Positions 28,176-37,477 of a stretch of 64,000 nt of DNA are shown in pieces. The stretch covers positions 106,685 through 170,684 of IMG/VR virus record IMGVR_UViG_3300046501_000132; one strand, written 5' to 3'. A program made the position numbers and the translations under genes. How positions within the stretch are numbered: position 1 is the first letter of the stretch; each line of letters opens with the position of its first letter. The notes beneath the pieces are model-generated. The model was not told where the DNA came from, did not search any database, and saw only the letters and a program-made list of their open reading frames with translations. The DNA is from a virus.

Positions 28176-28859
28176 TTACTTCTTGATCCAGTTGCAGAAT
28201 TCCTCGCACAGCAGGGCTTCGTACATCACATCGTCGCTCGTTGCTTCCAGATCGGGGAAGGTCACGAAGCCCACGTGATCATACTTGTCGGCCATACGCT
28301 TCAGGAAATCGAAACGCTCACGACCGATGCCGATCAGTTGCACGTAGGTATTCGCTTCACCCAGGAGCACGATCTGCTTTTCGGCTTCGATGGAGGAACC
28401 TTGATCTTCACCATCCGTAATGAACATCAGGTATGACGGTGCATCAACGGTCTTCTTGCCGAACAGACCGCCGAGGAAACCCGACTTCTTGGCGCTGCTG
28501 TCCTTGCGAATCTGGTTCATCGCAATGGCGTATTCCGTACCGGACCACAACACCCCACCGGCTTCACGGAGGAACTTGTTGCTCACGTAGGAACCGAAGT
28601 CATCCGGCGTCACATCGTTCATCTTTTGGATGGACGAACCGAATGCGTAGGATTCGATGGATTGGTTATCATCGAAGCGCATTGCAACCGGAATCAGACG
28701 GTCCACCAGTTCCGACATCACACCGCTGCGATATAACGGGCGCGCCGAACCGGACACATCCAGCGCCATCTTGACAGCCAGCTTGATGTCGGTCGGAACC
28801 TTGCGCTTTTCCAGGCAGAGGCGAACCAGTTCTTGTTTCTTTTCGAGATTGAGAGGCAT
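28176..28859 (-). CDS. vWA domain protein (TerF-associated type)
   Basis: LDVSGS, FDDNQ, GTEY, FITDG, QLIGIG, FDFLKRM. Confidence 0.85.
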   Translation of the reverse strand: MPLNLEKKQELVRLCLEKRKVPTDIKLAVKMALDVSGSARPLYRSGVMSELVDRLIPVAMRFDDNQSIESYAFGSSIQKMNDVTPDDFGSYVSNKFLREAGGVLWSGTEYAIAMNQIRKDSSAKKSGFLGGLFGKKTVDAPSYLMFITDGEDQGSSIEAEKQIVLLGEANTYVQLIGIGRERFDFLKRMADKYDHVGFVTFPDLEATSDDVMYEALLCEEFCNWIKK

Positions 28860-29201
28860 TTACTTCTTTCCTTTGATTTCGCGGATCATATCCTTGATCC
28901 AGAGTTGGCGGTAGATGCGAGCGTTTTTGCTGCCGATCTGTTTGATGCCTTGCTTTTCCAGCCAGTCGGTTACGTATTCAAACGGACCACCGATGCGGTT
29001 TGCGATTTCTTCTTTGATTTCGTCGTAAACATGCATATATTGGCAGTGCCTCACACCGCGAGCACCCACGAGTTCATACACCGAGGATAGCAGAGCGCCA
29101 CACACCGCCGGATTGCGATCTTCCTTAATGCGTTTCTTTGCATTTTCGAGAAGAGCAATTGCAATTTCTTGTTGTTTCTTCGTTTTGATGTCCGAGAACA
29201 T
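28860..29201 (-). CDS. hypothetical phage protein
   Basis: first gene after promoter 29231-29259. Confidence 0.6.
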   Translation of the reverse strand: MFSDIKTKKQQEIAIALLENAKKRIKEDRNPAVCGALLSSVYELVGARGVRHCQYMHVYDEIKEEIANRIGGPFEYVTDWLEKQGIKQIGSKNARIYRQLWIKDMIREIKGKK

Positions 29202-29230
29202 TTTATTTCCATCGGTTAGTCGATAGAAAG

Positions 29231-29259
29231 ATTATACCTATATGTTCTATGGAAGTAAA
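29231..29259 (-). promoter_or_regulatory. sigma70-like promoter, representative of a class
   Basis: TTTACT-N17-TATAAT; same class at 36196, 37243, 38295, 40248, 41945, 43295, 44866, 49596, 51550, 51657, 52691, 53380, 54101 (all minus strand). Confidence 0.8.
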
Positions 29260-29308
29260 TACCATTTCAGAAATAAAAATGCCCCGGCTATGAACCGGGG
29301 CAAATCAA

Positions 29309-29548
29309 TTATGTTTCCAACTTACTCAGCTTCAGGGGAATTCCCTTGTATGAATAATAAGACTTGCTAAAACTATGATATACATTAGCCAATCCATCTT
29401 CCATCAGCCCGGAGAACTCTTCAAGGAAAGCCCTTGTCTCTTGTATATCCAACTCTATACACTCAACAGGATGATCTCTCATCCTCTGGACCATCTCATA
29501 CTCTTTTGCTAATTCTTTAGCAATGTCAATCTTGTAGATAATACGCAT
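29309..29548 (-). CDS. hypothetical protein
   Basis: TAATG coupling with helicase stop, followed by hairpin 29277-29303. Confidence 0.5.
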   Translation of the reverse strand: MRIIYKIDIAKELAKEYEMVQRMRDHPVECIELDIQETRAFLEEFSGLMEDGLANVYHSFSKSYYSYKGIPLKLSKLET

Positions 29549-30963
29549 TATCCAAAATCCCATCCGCCCGTACTAGGCGCAGCATCGTCACCAGCGCGAC
29601 GACTAATCATTTGACCCGCCGACTGAGGTTTGATCTCGTTAGGAAGACCAAGTTCAGCCAGTTCCTCTTCAGACAACCCTGCCGCCTGACTATCTACTTC
29701 ATAGAACTTCTGTTTATCCGGATTCAACCCTAGAACAAACTTACCCTTATAGCTGCTATATCGGTTCTTGATGATCTTACCGATTACCATCCCTCGCGCC
29801 GCCATTTCTTCCGGAGTAAGAATTGCGAACATAAAGTCAGCAGTAGCAGCAATACCAATAGCCAGAGAGATATTGCCCATACCCGCATCTGATGCACCTT
29901 GAGTCGCTCGATCAAACTGTACCGCAGTCCAGATCGGCACACCGGCTTCTTGAGCAAAGGCGCGAATCTCTTCAGCCACGCTCGTGAAGTACGTATTCGT
30001 GTTACCCTTGGCGCTTGCCGGCAGCTTCGAACTTGCACAGATCGTCAGATAGTCGATACAGATCATATCTGGAACGAACTTCTTCTTGATCTTCAGTTCT
30101 TGTAGAAGATGTCGGAAGTGACCCACGTGGGCCGTGCCTGCCGGGAATTCCTTAACAACCAAACGTCCTGCGGACTTACGCTTGAGCTCATTGATTCGGT
30201 TCATATATTGAACCTTCTGCAATGAGAAGACTTGGTCGAAAGTCATATCCATGTTACATACGTCAATTCGCTCACGACAAGTCATCTCATCCATTTCCAT
30301 AGAAATGTACAAGACGTTCTTACCGCGCATCAACCATTCAGACGATTGCTGAATTAGGTGAATCGACTTACCACCATTGATCGGGGCGAGTACAACGTTC
30401 AGAGTCTTATCCTTGATACCGTTCTTGGTAACTCGGTTCAGAATCTCTAGGGCGAAGGGGTGACGTGCATGCTCAGAGTGCAACGTATCATAATGAGTCT
30501 CAGAGTCTTCCCAGTAATCGTGACCGATATGACTATCAAAACTAACCGATAGCGCCTCCATCAACATACCAGGAATAATATTAGGGTCGGCTTCCTTATT
30601 GTTACCTTCTGCAATATCAATAGCTTTATACATTGCATTGAACAATGCCGAGCGTTTACAATGCTGTTCGGTCTCATCAACCAACCATTGGAACGAGGGT
30701 TCATCCGGGTCTTTATCCATCCCCTTGATTACGCACAGAACTTCCTCAAAGAATCCCTCATGGAGATTCGAATTCGTGACCCCAATAGCTAATGCCTCCT
30801 TAGTTGGAGGTACGGTATACTTCGAGACAAACTCTTTGATCTGCTTGAAGACAAACTTATCAGCTTCGCCACTGAAGTAATCTTCTTGCAAGAACGGCAG
30901 AACGGTTCTTAGATATGATTCATTATGAAGCAAGTTGGTGAGGATAACTCTCTCGATGGCCAT
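29548..30963 (-). CDS. replicative DNA helicase (T4 gp41-like)
   Basis: APINGGKS Walker A, VLYISMEM, VVKEFP, IDYLTI, IWTAVQ, KNRY. Confidence 0.95.
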   Translation of the reverse strand: MAIERVILTNLLHNESYLRTVLPFLQEDYFSGEADKFVFKQIKEFVSKYTVPPTKEALAIGVTNSNLHEGFFEEVLCVIKGMDKDPDEPSFQWLVDETEQHCKRSALFNAMYKAIDIAEGNNKEADPNIIPGMLMEALSVSFDSHIGHDYWEDSETHYDTLHSEHARHPFALEILNRVTKNGIKDKTLNVVLAPINGGKSIHLIQQSSEWLMRGKNVLYISMEMDEMTCRERIDVCNMDMTFDQVFSLQKVQYMNRINELKRKSAGRLVVKEFPAGTAHVGHFRHLLQELKIKKKFVPDMICIDYLTICASSKLPASAKGNTNTYFTSVAEEIRAFAQEAGVPIWTAVQFDRATQGASDAGMGNISLAIGIAATADFMFAILTPEEMAARGMVIGKIIKNRYSSYKGKFVLGLNPDKQKFYEVDSQAAGLSEEELAELGLPNEIKPQSAGQMISRRAGDDAAPSTGGWDFG

Positions 30964-31457
30964 TAAATGTGTCTCCACGTCTTTCGATTAACGATAGCAG
31001 AGATTGCATCTTGTCCAACCCCATACTTACTTGCTAGGTGCGTTTGCTTAGCCCCATCTTTATATTGTTCACGAATTTCTAGAACGTCCGCTTCAGTCAA
31101 TTTTGCCCTACCATTCTTTGAACCATTTCCAGGATTTGTGTAATATTCGCCCCGTCTATCTCTACCGCGAAAGAACATATCATCCACATTATCCTGTTGA
31201 GTTCCCCAAACCAAATGTCTCGGATTACAACAAGCAGGGTTATCACAACTATGTCTAGCCACCAACCCTTGAATATTGGAAGCTAGAAACAACGAAACCC
31301 GGTGGGCCGGGTAATTGCGATTTTGAATCCGTATCGAACCATAGCCGTTGATTTTTCCGGAGGTCCAATTCCAACATTCATTATCTGTTTTGATGTTTAC
31401 CTTCTCCCAGAACCGCTTGATATCATTCTGAGTCAGTTCTGGTATAGGATTAGCCAT
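30963..31457 (-). CDS. HNH homing endonuclease with C-terminal HTH
   Basis: ECWNW, AHRVS, RHSCDNPACCNPRHL..GTQQDN, AKLTEADVLEIR. Confidence 0.92.
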   Translation of the reverse strand: MANPIPELTQNDIKRFWEKVNIKTDNECWNWTSGKINGYGSIRIQNRNYPAHRVSLFLASNIQGLVARHSCDNPACCNPRHLVWGTQQDNVDDMFFRGRDRRGEYYTNPGNGSKNGRAKLTEADVLEIREQYKDGAKQTHLASKYGVGQDAISAIVNRKTWRHI

Positions 31458-31773
31458 CTTGCTCCTTAACCTTCGTTACTGAATTATACAGCAATAGCTC
31501 AGACAGATTCGTCATGAGGATATTACCGATGTAATCTACAAACTTTTCTGATCGGGTGTCGAGATTATTGCGATTCTCGAAAACCTCATAATCAAACTTT
31601 ACTCTCAGAGAATCGTTTTCCTCCGAGAGATTAACCTTACCAAACTGAAAGAGCACACCAGGGTATGGTGACCGCTTAGTCAGTTTAATTTGATGGAACA
31701 TTTCGTCCCCACGATCAATGATCTCATAATCATCGTCGTCTACTCTATCCAACCTTGCCATTCGTTTCTCCAT
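31450..31773 (-). CDS. head vertex assembly chaperone (T4 gp40-like)
   Basis: position between uvsX and 41; YPGVLFQFGKV..LRVKFDY. Confidence 0.65.
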   Translation of the reverse strand: MEKRMARLDRVDDDDYEIIDRGDEMFHQIKLTKRSPYPGVLFQFGKVNLSEENDSLRVKFDYEVFENRNNLDTRSEKFVDYIGNILMTNLSELLLYNSVTKVKEQDG

Positions 31774-31820
31774 AGGACAGCCGGGGATTATACCCCGGCA
31801 TTACATATTCAGAATTACGA

Positions 31821-32924
31821 TCAGCTGAGGATTTCGCCCGTTTCCGAATCTACCTCTTGATAGTCTGGCTTACGACCAACATCCTCTTCAACCGCAGTAT
31901 TAGCCAGATCGTACTTGAATCGCACGTATTCCTTGAACTCTGCGTTCTTTACTAGGGCATCAAAGAAGTCCTGACGGTTTTCTTCAATATCCTTACGACG
32001 ATACGACTTACCGTCAATGAAGCCATCTAGGTTAAACTGATAGAAACCTTGTTTCTCAGACTTCAGATGTCCCGACTCCATAGCCCAATCGAACAGACCA
32101 GAATTCTGATAGATACCGCCTTCATAGGTAACGATCAAGCTGAACTTAGACTTCTCACGCACATAGCGGGACTTGAAAGCTGTGTAGTTGAAACTCCAAC
32201 CCTTCAGTTCCTTATCATCCTTTACTTGAGCGCGGGTAACCATCAACACCACGTCAGAAGAAAGGAATACTTGTTTACCGCCCTTGATAGTCGGTTCGGC
32301 GTATTGATTAACCATACTATCGTAGTATGAGTTGATCGCAAAGCACGGAATCTTCTTCAGCATCAGCTTAGGGGTGATGATACGGAAGAAAGAGTTGAGC
32401 TCACGAGCACGAGTCAAGTCGGCGGCTGCGTTTTCGTTCAATGCATTTTCCACTTCCTTCTTGGAAGCGATTTGAGAAATCGAGTCGATGAACACGAATA
32501 CCTTACCGGCAGAGGATTCGTCAATTTCATCTAGAGCCTGAGTCATCTTGAACTTCAGGTCTTCGATATTCTCTAGAGCGTAGTGGATAACCCGGCTTTG
32601 ATCAATACCGCGAGCTTCAAAGCACTTCTTCGCGCCGAACTCAGAGTCAAAGAACAAAGCGATGTTCTCTGGATCTTCATCCAGGAAGTCGCCCATCAGG
32701 TCTACGCAGAAGTTGGTCTTGAAGGTACGCGAGTCCCCCACGACCAGATAGATACCGGGACGAACACCGCCGTCAATATAACCAGATAGCATCTGATTAA
32801 TCAGCGGAGTCTTCGAACGGAACACGATGTCCTTATCAAAGAAAGACGAACTGTCCAGAACCGTTACCTTGTTGTCCTTAGCGGCCTTCTTCAGAAGCCT
32901 GGACATGAGACTATTTGCTGCCAT
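31821..32924 (-). CDS. uvsX: RecA-like recombinase UvsX
   Basis: GDSRTFKT, LFFDSEFG, FIDSI, ADLTRARELNSFFR. Confidence 0.95.
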   Translation of the reverse strand: MAANSLMSRLLKKAAKDNKVTVLDSSSFFDKDIVFRSKTPLINQMLSGYIDGGVRPGIYLVVGDSRTFKTNFCVDLMGDFLDEDPENIALFFDSEFGAKKCFEARGIDQSRVIHYALENIEDLKFKMTQALDEIDESSAGKVFVFIDSISQIASKKEVENALNENAAADLTRARELNSFFRIITPKLMLKKIPCFAINSYYDSMVNQYAEPTIKGGKQVFLSSDVVLMVTRAQVKDDKELKGWSFNYTAFKSRYVREKSKFSLIVTYEGGIYQNSGLFDWAMESGHLKSEKQGFYQFNLDGFIDGKSYRRKDIEENRQDFFDALVKNAEFKEYVRFKYDLANTAVEEDVGRKPDYQEVDSETGEILS

Positions 32925-32968
32925 TTTAATTCCTTTTGTTTAAGTTTTCATTTTCATTTTCTTAGTGC

Positions 32969-33562
32969 TTAATGAATTGTATGCAGCGTGAGATCTTCAA
33001 GCAGGTCTGGGTCTACCGCCTCAGCGAGTTGTTGAACGGTCTTGACTAGACCATTAACATTCACGTAAGAATGTAGATACGTTTGGAGCATTTCATAACG
33101 ACGTTGAACAGCTTGTACGGCCATCGTATTGGTACCCACCGCGTCAAGCACCCCATTGAACTGAGAAAGCGTAATTGAATAATTACGATTCTGTTCTTGA
33201 ATCTTGTTATGGAGATAGAGATTTTGTTGCTTGAGTACGGCAATTTCATTACCTTCCTCGACAACCACCTCAACTCTCGCATCACCAAAAATCATATCAA
33301 GGACATCTTCTTCATCCTCGACACAACCATCATTCACGGCATCAATCTGCACTAGACAAGTATTTAACTTATCGGTTTCGACACGTAGAGTCACCCGGCC
33401 CACCGCATAGGAACCATTCGGGCCTTCAGTCGTCTCGACTTGCTTCTCACTTGCGTCGCAGTCCCAAGATTCGATATCAACATTGGCAGCTAGGAGTTCA
33501 GCATATTTCTGGACCCCCTCCAAATTCACGGCAGACAGATCTACGAAAAGTGTGGTCAACAT
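32969..33562 (-). CDS. hypothetical acidic protein with coiled coil
   Basis: 197 aa, AAGG RBS, between uvsX and dUTPase. Confidence 0.65.
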   Translation of the reverse strand: MLTTLFVDLSAVNLEGVQKYAELLAANVDIESWDCDASEKQVETTEGPNGSYAVGRVTLRVETDKLNTCLVQIDAVNDGCVEDEEDVLDMIFGDARVEVVVEEGNEIAVLKQQNLYLHNKIQEQNRNYSITLSQFNGVLDAVGTNTMAVQAVQRRYEMLQTYLHSYVNVNGLVKTVQQLAEAVDPDLLEDLTLHTIH

Positions 33563-33570
33563 ATTTGTCC

Positions 33571-34161
33571 TTAATTCAGGGTCAGCGGAGTTTCCTTGGA
33601 CTTATCATAAGTCCCAGCTTGTTGTCCGCCTTCAACACGCTTTTGATTCTGAGCATTCTTGAGATAGTATGCCTTGGTGATATCGCCTTCATTCAGTCCG
33701 ATCAGAACCGCGCCAGTCTCAATCAGATTGAGTAGGCTAATCAGCGCCCGGAATTCATTCTCATTATAGATTGATTCGATGAAGTTGTATTGGGCCTTAG
33801 CAAAGTACAGATGTTTATCCTCATACTTCCCATACATAGTCGTTTCGACTTGTTCGTTTTTCAACAAGTCTTTGATATACGATAGATCGTTGTTCAGAAG
33901 GACAAGAAGCATCGCAAAATGCACAGCATCGATCAGTTCGAATGCCGCTTTGTCTTTGTCGATAGGGACAGCAAGCGCCTTGCCGGACCACCACTTCCAG
34001 GTCGAACGGATTTCCTCAGCGAACTCAGCAACTTCCGTTTGGAAGGCAAAGATCGCCTGTCCCTTCATCACAGTCTTACGCCATTCTGGACCGTTATACT
34101 TGATATTCAGAGCCTCTTGGGCTTCGAACATCTCAATCAGGTCCATCTTATCGAAAATCAT
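33571..34161 (-). CDS. dimeric (all-alpha) dUTPase
   Basis: EVAEFAEE, WKWW, ELIDAVHF, YYLKNAQNQKR. Confidence 0.88.
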   Translation of the reverse strand: MIFDKMDLIEMFEAQEALNIKYNGPEWRKTVMKGQAIFAFQTEVAEFAEEIRSTWKWWSGKALAVPIDKDKAAFELIDAVHFAMLLVLLNNDLSYIKDLLKNEQVETTMYGKYEDKHLYFAKAQYNFIESIYNENEFRALISLLNLIETGAVLIGLNEGDITKAYYLKNAQNQKRVEGGQQAGTYDKSKETPLTLN

Positions 34162-34715
34162 AGCGCTCCTTCTTGATGTATGAAGGAATAGAAGAAACGA
34201 TCAAACTCAGCCGTCCCATTCATTCGATTAATGAATAGTTGATCATAATCCTTGAACTCACGAACATACTGTTCGAAGTCCGAAGGGGGCAGGCCATCCC
34301 GGCTTTCACGTTCGATCTTCAGAACCGGGATACCAACGTCCTGAATGAATTCCCATTCCTGTGGAGTCCGGAAGTCCGTAATGATAAACAGCTTATCAGG
34401 ATTATAGCACTCGTCCAGAGCGTTCCAGTTGTTATCTTCGAACTTATGAACAAAGAAGTGCGGATCAACGTCACGAACCTTACCGACCGTCAACCAGATT
34501 TGGCGTGGAGTTAGGTTATTCGGGTTCTGTGGATGTACAAACGGCAAATCCTTCTGCTCCGGGGTGATATCCATCGGGAGCCAAGGGAAGATTTGAGATG
34601 CAAGACGGCGCACCTCATCCGAAAAAGAAAGGCGCACCGCGCCCCGAGTTGCTACCAGATGATCACAAAAGAAGTCCTTGCCGCTTTTGTATTCACCCAT
34701 AAATGCTACGATCAT
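34158..34715 (-). CDS. deoxynucleoside monophosphate kinase (T4 gp1-like)
   Basis: GEYKSGKD P-loop, LSFSD, TPRQ, IITDFRTPQE; own AGAGG RBS before ATG 34715. Confidence 0.88.
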   Translation of the reverse strand: MIVAFMGEYKSGKDFFCDHLVATRGAVRLSFSDEVRRLASQIFPWLPMDITPEQKDLPFVHPQNPNNLTPRQIWLTVGKVRDVDPHFFVHKFEDNNWNALDECYNPDKLFIITDFRTPQEWEFIQDVGIPVLKIERESRDGLPPSDFEQYVREFKDYDQLFINRMNGTAEFDRFFYSFIHQEGAL

Positions 34716-35069
34716 TTTGCCTCTTTTAACTTGATAACTCTCATCGTAGATCCATCGTTCCCTCAGGTTTTGCTCCTTGGTGATAAATCTACAATTTCCC
34801 ACACGATAAACGCCTTCATCCCGATACCTTCCGAGTTGGTAAGAATCGGGTTCCAATCCAATTTGGTTCGCTCGCGTCAACCCGGCATCTACAGCTAACC
34901 GGGTGTACTGCTCAAACGTCAACTCACATTGTCTCTGGAGCCTAACTGCTCGTGCCTTTAGGTTTTGCCAATTCTTTAACCAGGCACGCAGTTCGCTAGG
35001 ATCCAGTCCAATGACTTTTAGATAGTTTTCACGAGCATCCATCAACGCCTTGACCTCAGCCCGTTTCAA
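34716..35069 (-). CDS. HNH-like nuclease domain reading in frame into the dNMP kinase
   Basis: LTFEQY, LGRYRDEGVYRVGNCRFITKEQN; TTG start after GAGGTG; no stop before kinase. Confidence 0.55.
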
Positions 35070-35070
35070 C

Positions 35071-36156
35071 TTACACCTCGATGTCGAATTTGCGGAATGA
35101 AGACAACTCGATGGCTCGAACCAATTCAACCGGGGCTTCAGTCAGATCAACAACCGCACTCAACTCAACACCCCGCTTCGCGGCGATATAATGAGCAACG
35201 AGTTGTGCATACACCCACATCAGGTTATTTTCAAGCGGAACGTTGTATTCCAAGAAGGTATGACCCAGATGAGAGATAATCGTGCTCAGAATGAACTCAG
35301 GCTCATCGGTCGTGATCGCTTCGATATATTGAGCAACCAGATCGCTGAAGAAAGCCTTCCATAGTCGAATCTCAGGGCCGATTAGCGGAACATCACTCTC
35401 ATCATACGAATTCGTATAGTTGGCGGAGATTTCGGTTGCATCATCCGCTTGACCCCGCGAAAAGTCGTATAGGTGGGCATTCGTCACGTGCCAGCGATAT
35501 GGGCCCAGCTTCAGTTGAGGGCTGCTCTTCTTGATCTCGTTGTACATCAACTCGTGAAGGAACGAGAACTCAAATGGATTGATCGAGCCGGTACCAAAGA
35601 TGATGTCGCCACTTCGCTGAATCACCTTAGTACAGAATTGATCTTCGCCTTCAACGTAGAAGTTGATACCCAAGTTACAGGGTCGATCCTTACCCAGTTC
35701 TCCGAAGCCGAACCGCTCTTCAATTGCCTTGGTCGAATCCTTATGAAGATCATGAATCGTCACATACGCACGGCGGGTATATAGACTATCTCGGATGAAC
35801 AGATCGGGGATAGACACCAACTGATTCTCATCATAGAATCGCGGGCCATAGGCACCGCTCCAAGTCTCACCATCATCCGAATACTGAGGCGCACGCGGGA
35901 GGAAGAAAGACAAGTAAGGATTCACACGATCATCACCGGCCATAACCCAGAAAGTCTCCGCGATTAGAGCGAAGATATTGGATTTGCGACCTTCAAGGTG
36001 TAGATGTCGGGATCGGGGATTGCCTAGCTCAAACGTTACGTCAAAGATAGACGTGCAACCACCGTTACGGGAAGGGCGATAATGGCCCTCATTGATAATT
36101 GTATTGAATGCTTCTAGAACAACTTGTGAAACGGTCCTGCCTCTTACCAGGTGCAT
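35071..36156 (-). CDS. thymidylate-synthase-superfamily enzyme, probably dUMP hydroxymethylase
   Basis: GAYGPR, KDRPCN catalytic Cys, QRSGDIIFGTGSIN (Asn specificity residue with 1-aa insertion), NAHLY. Confidence 0.8.
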   Translation of the reverse strand: MHLVRGRTVSQVVLEAFNTIINEGHYRPSRNGGCTSIFDVTFELGNPRSRHLHLEGRKSNIFALIAETFWVMAGDDRVNPYLSFFLPRAPQYSDDGETWSGAYGPRFYDENQLVSIPDLFIRDSLYTRRAYVTIHDLHKDSTKAIEERFGFGELGKDRPCNLGINFYVEGEDQFCTKVIQRSGDIIFGTGSINPFEFSFLHELMYNEIKKSSPQLKLGPYRWHVTNAHLYDFSRGQADDATEISANYTNSYDESDVPLIGPEIRLWKAFFSDLVAQYIEAITTDEPEFILSTIISHLGHTFLEYNVPLENNLMWVYAQLVAHYIAAKRGVELSAVVDLTEAPVELVRAIELSSFRKFDIEV

Positions 36157-36231
36157 CTTGAACTACTAGCCTCTATGGAAAATTAAAGAACGACTATTCT
36201 ATATGGATTTTACATCGAAGTAAAATGAAAC

Positions 36232-36501
36232 TCACTCCACCGTAACAGTCAACGTATCACCGGGTTCGTACATGCGAATCACTTCATAGTCACCTTTGTC
36301 TATAAAATTATCACGAGTCGAATGGAGGATTGATCCATCAGATTCAAACCAAATTACAATATCTCCCTGAATAATAACGGTAGATATACGACCACCTTCT
36401 CCAGCATCACGCACCAGAATCGGGGTACGAGACGGCAAGTCAGACTTACTTGAAGTAAATTTTGAAACGGTAGGCATAGAAATCTTGTAATTCATTATCA
36501 A
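36232..36501 (-). CDS. hypothetical protein
   Basis: 89-aa ORF in run. Confidence 0.5.
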   Translation of the reverse strand: MIMNYKISMPTVSKFTSSKSDLPSRTPILVRDAGEGGRISTVIIQGDIVIWFESDGSILHSTRDNFIDKGDYEVIRMYEPGDTLTVTVE

Positions 36502-36677
36502 AAATCCTGTAGATAAAATTCGATGAAGTCATCCTCTTCCAATTCGAGGATTTGTTTTTGATGGAGGGTATCAACATAATCCCCACCTTCGTCATAAAGG
36601 TTCAGCTCATAAGCTAGACCCTCGTTGAGACGTTTACCATATTGTACTGCCAACTGCTTTGCTCGATCAACCTGCAT
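36498..36677 (-). CDS. 59-aa hypothetical protein (below ORF-track cutoff)
   Basis: hand translation MQVDRAKQLAVQY...FYLQDF, fills gap. Confidence 0.5.
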   Translation of the reverse strand: MQVDRAKQLAVQYGKRLNEGLAYELNLYDEGGDYVDTLHQKQILELEEDDFIEFYLQDF

Positions 36678-36755
36678 GCCACTCTATTGAAAATTACAGA
36701 CAAAAAGAAAGGCGCATTAAGCGCCTTTTTGTAAACCACCTAACTACAACCAGAA

Positions 36756-37178
36756 CTACTTCGGTACTGCCGATGCGTCGATCCAGGCGCAGAACTTCGC
36801 CCAGAGTGCAAATCCTTGATCAACAAGGGCCAGCCACATGTCCCAGAAGGAACCGTGGATCACGTGAGCCGTTTCTGGAAACTTTTGGCTGAAGACCATC
36901 CATAGCACGAAGAACGCACCCATGTATAAGAAAAACTTGAGCATCTTGACTTCCGTTCTGAGATCCACACCACCGCCTACGATGTCGGAAACCGAGCTGT
37001 CTTGACTACCTTGCCGTTGAAACGAACCGGGGATCAGGCCATTGCTGATATACAGTTCCCTGATCTGTGCCGCCTTGACGTCTTGAGGCAACCCCGGAGT
37101 CTGGATGATCTTCATCTCAGCATCGCGGATTCGCACTTGTTCGTCGGGGGCGAGGGTATCACCAATGAAATAGGCCAT
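36756..37178 (-). CDS. membrane protein
   Basis: GGAG RBS, internal hydrophobic helix, own promoter. Confidence 0.6.
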   Translation of the reverse strand: MAYFIGDTLAPDEQVRIRDAEMKIIQTPGLPQDVKAAQIRELYISNGLIPGSFQRQGSQDSSVSDIVGGGVDLRTEVKMLKFFLYMGAFFVLWMVFSQKFPETAHVIHGSFWDMWLALVDQGFALWAKFCAWIDASAVPK

Positions 37179-37477
37179 GATATATCTCCGATTAGGTAAG
37201 AGTCTTACATTCGGCGGTGTCTCCGCGTTTAACTATGTCTCTATTATAGGGTATTATGGAACAGAAGTAAAGCCCATTTTCTGTTTCTCAGCCTCTAATT
37301 CTCTGATTTTCTCTTGAATCGCCTTACCTGTCTCAACAACCGCCTTTAAATTGAGTTTCAACTGGTCAATCGTCTGTTGACGCGGGTATTCGGGGATAAC
37401 CCCAGAGCCATACTTAATCATATTCACCAAAAATAAAAGGGGCCGAATTCGGCCCCTTGTTAATCCGCCTGAGAGTA

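Noticed and set aside
35071-36156. Ordinary ThyA or T4-type dCMP hydroxymethylase
   Set aside because: Lacks ThyA PPCH/LPFN context and has Asn rather than Asp at the specificity position; not fully excluded without an alignment
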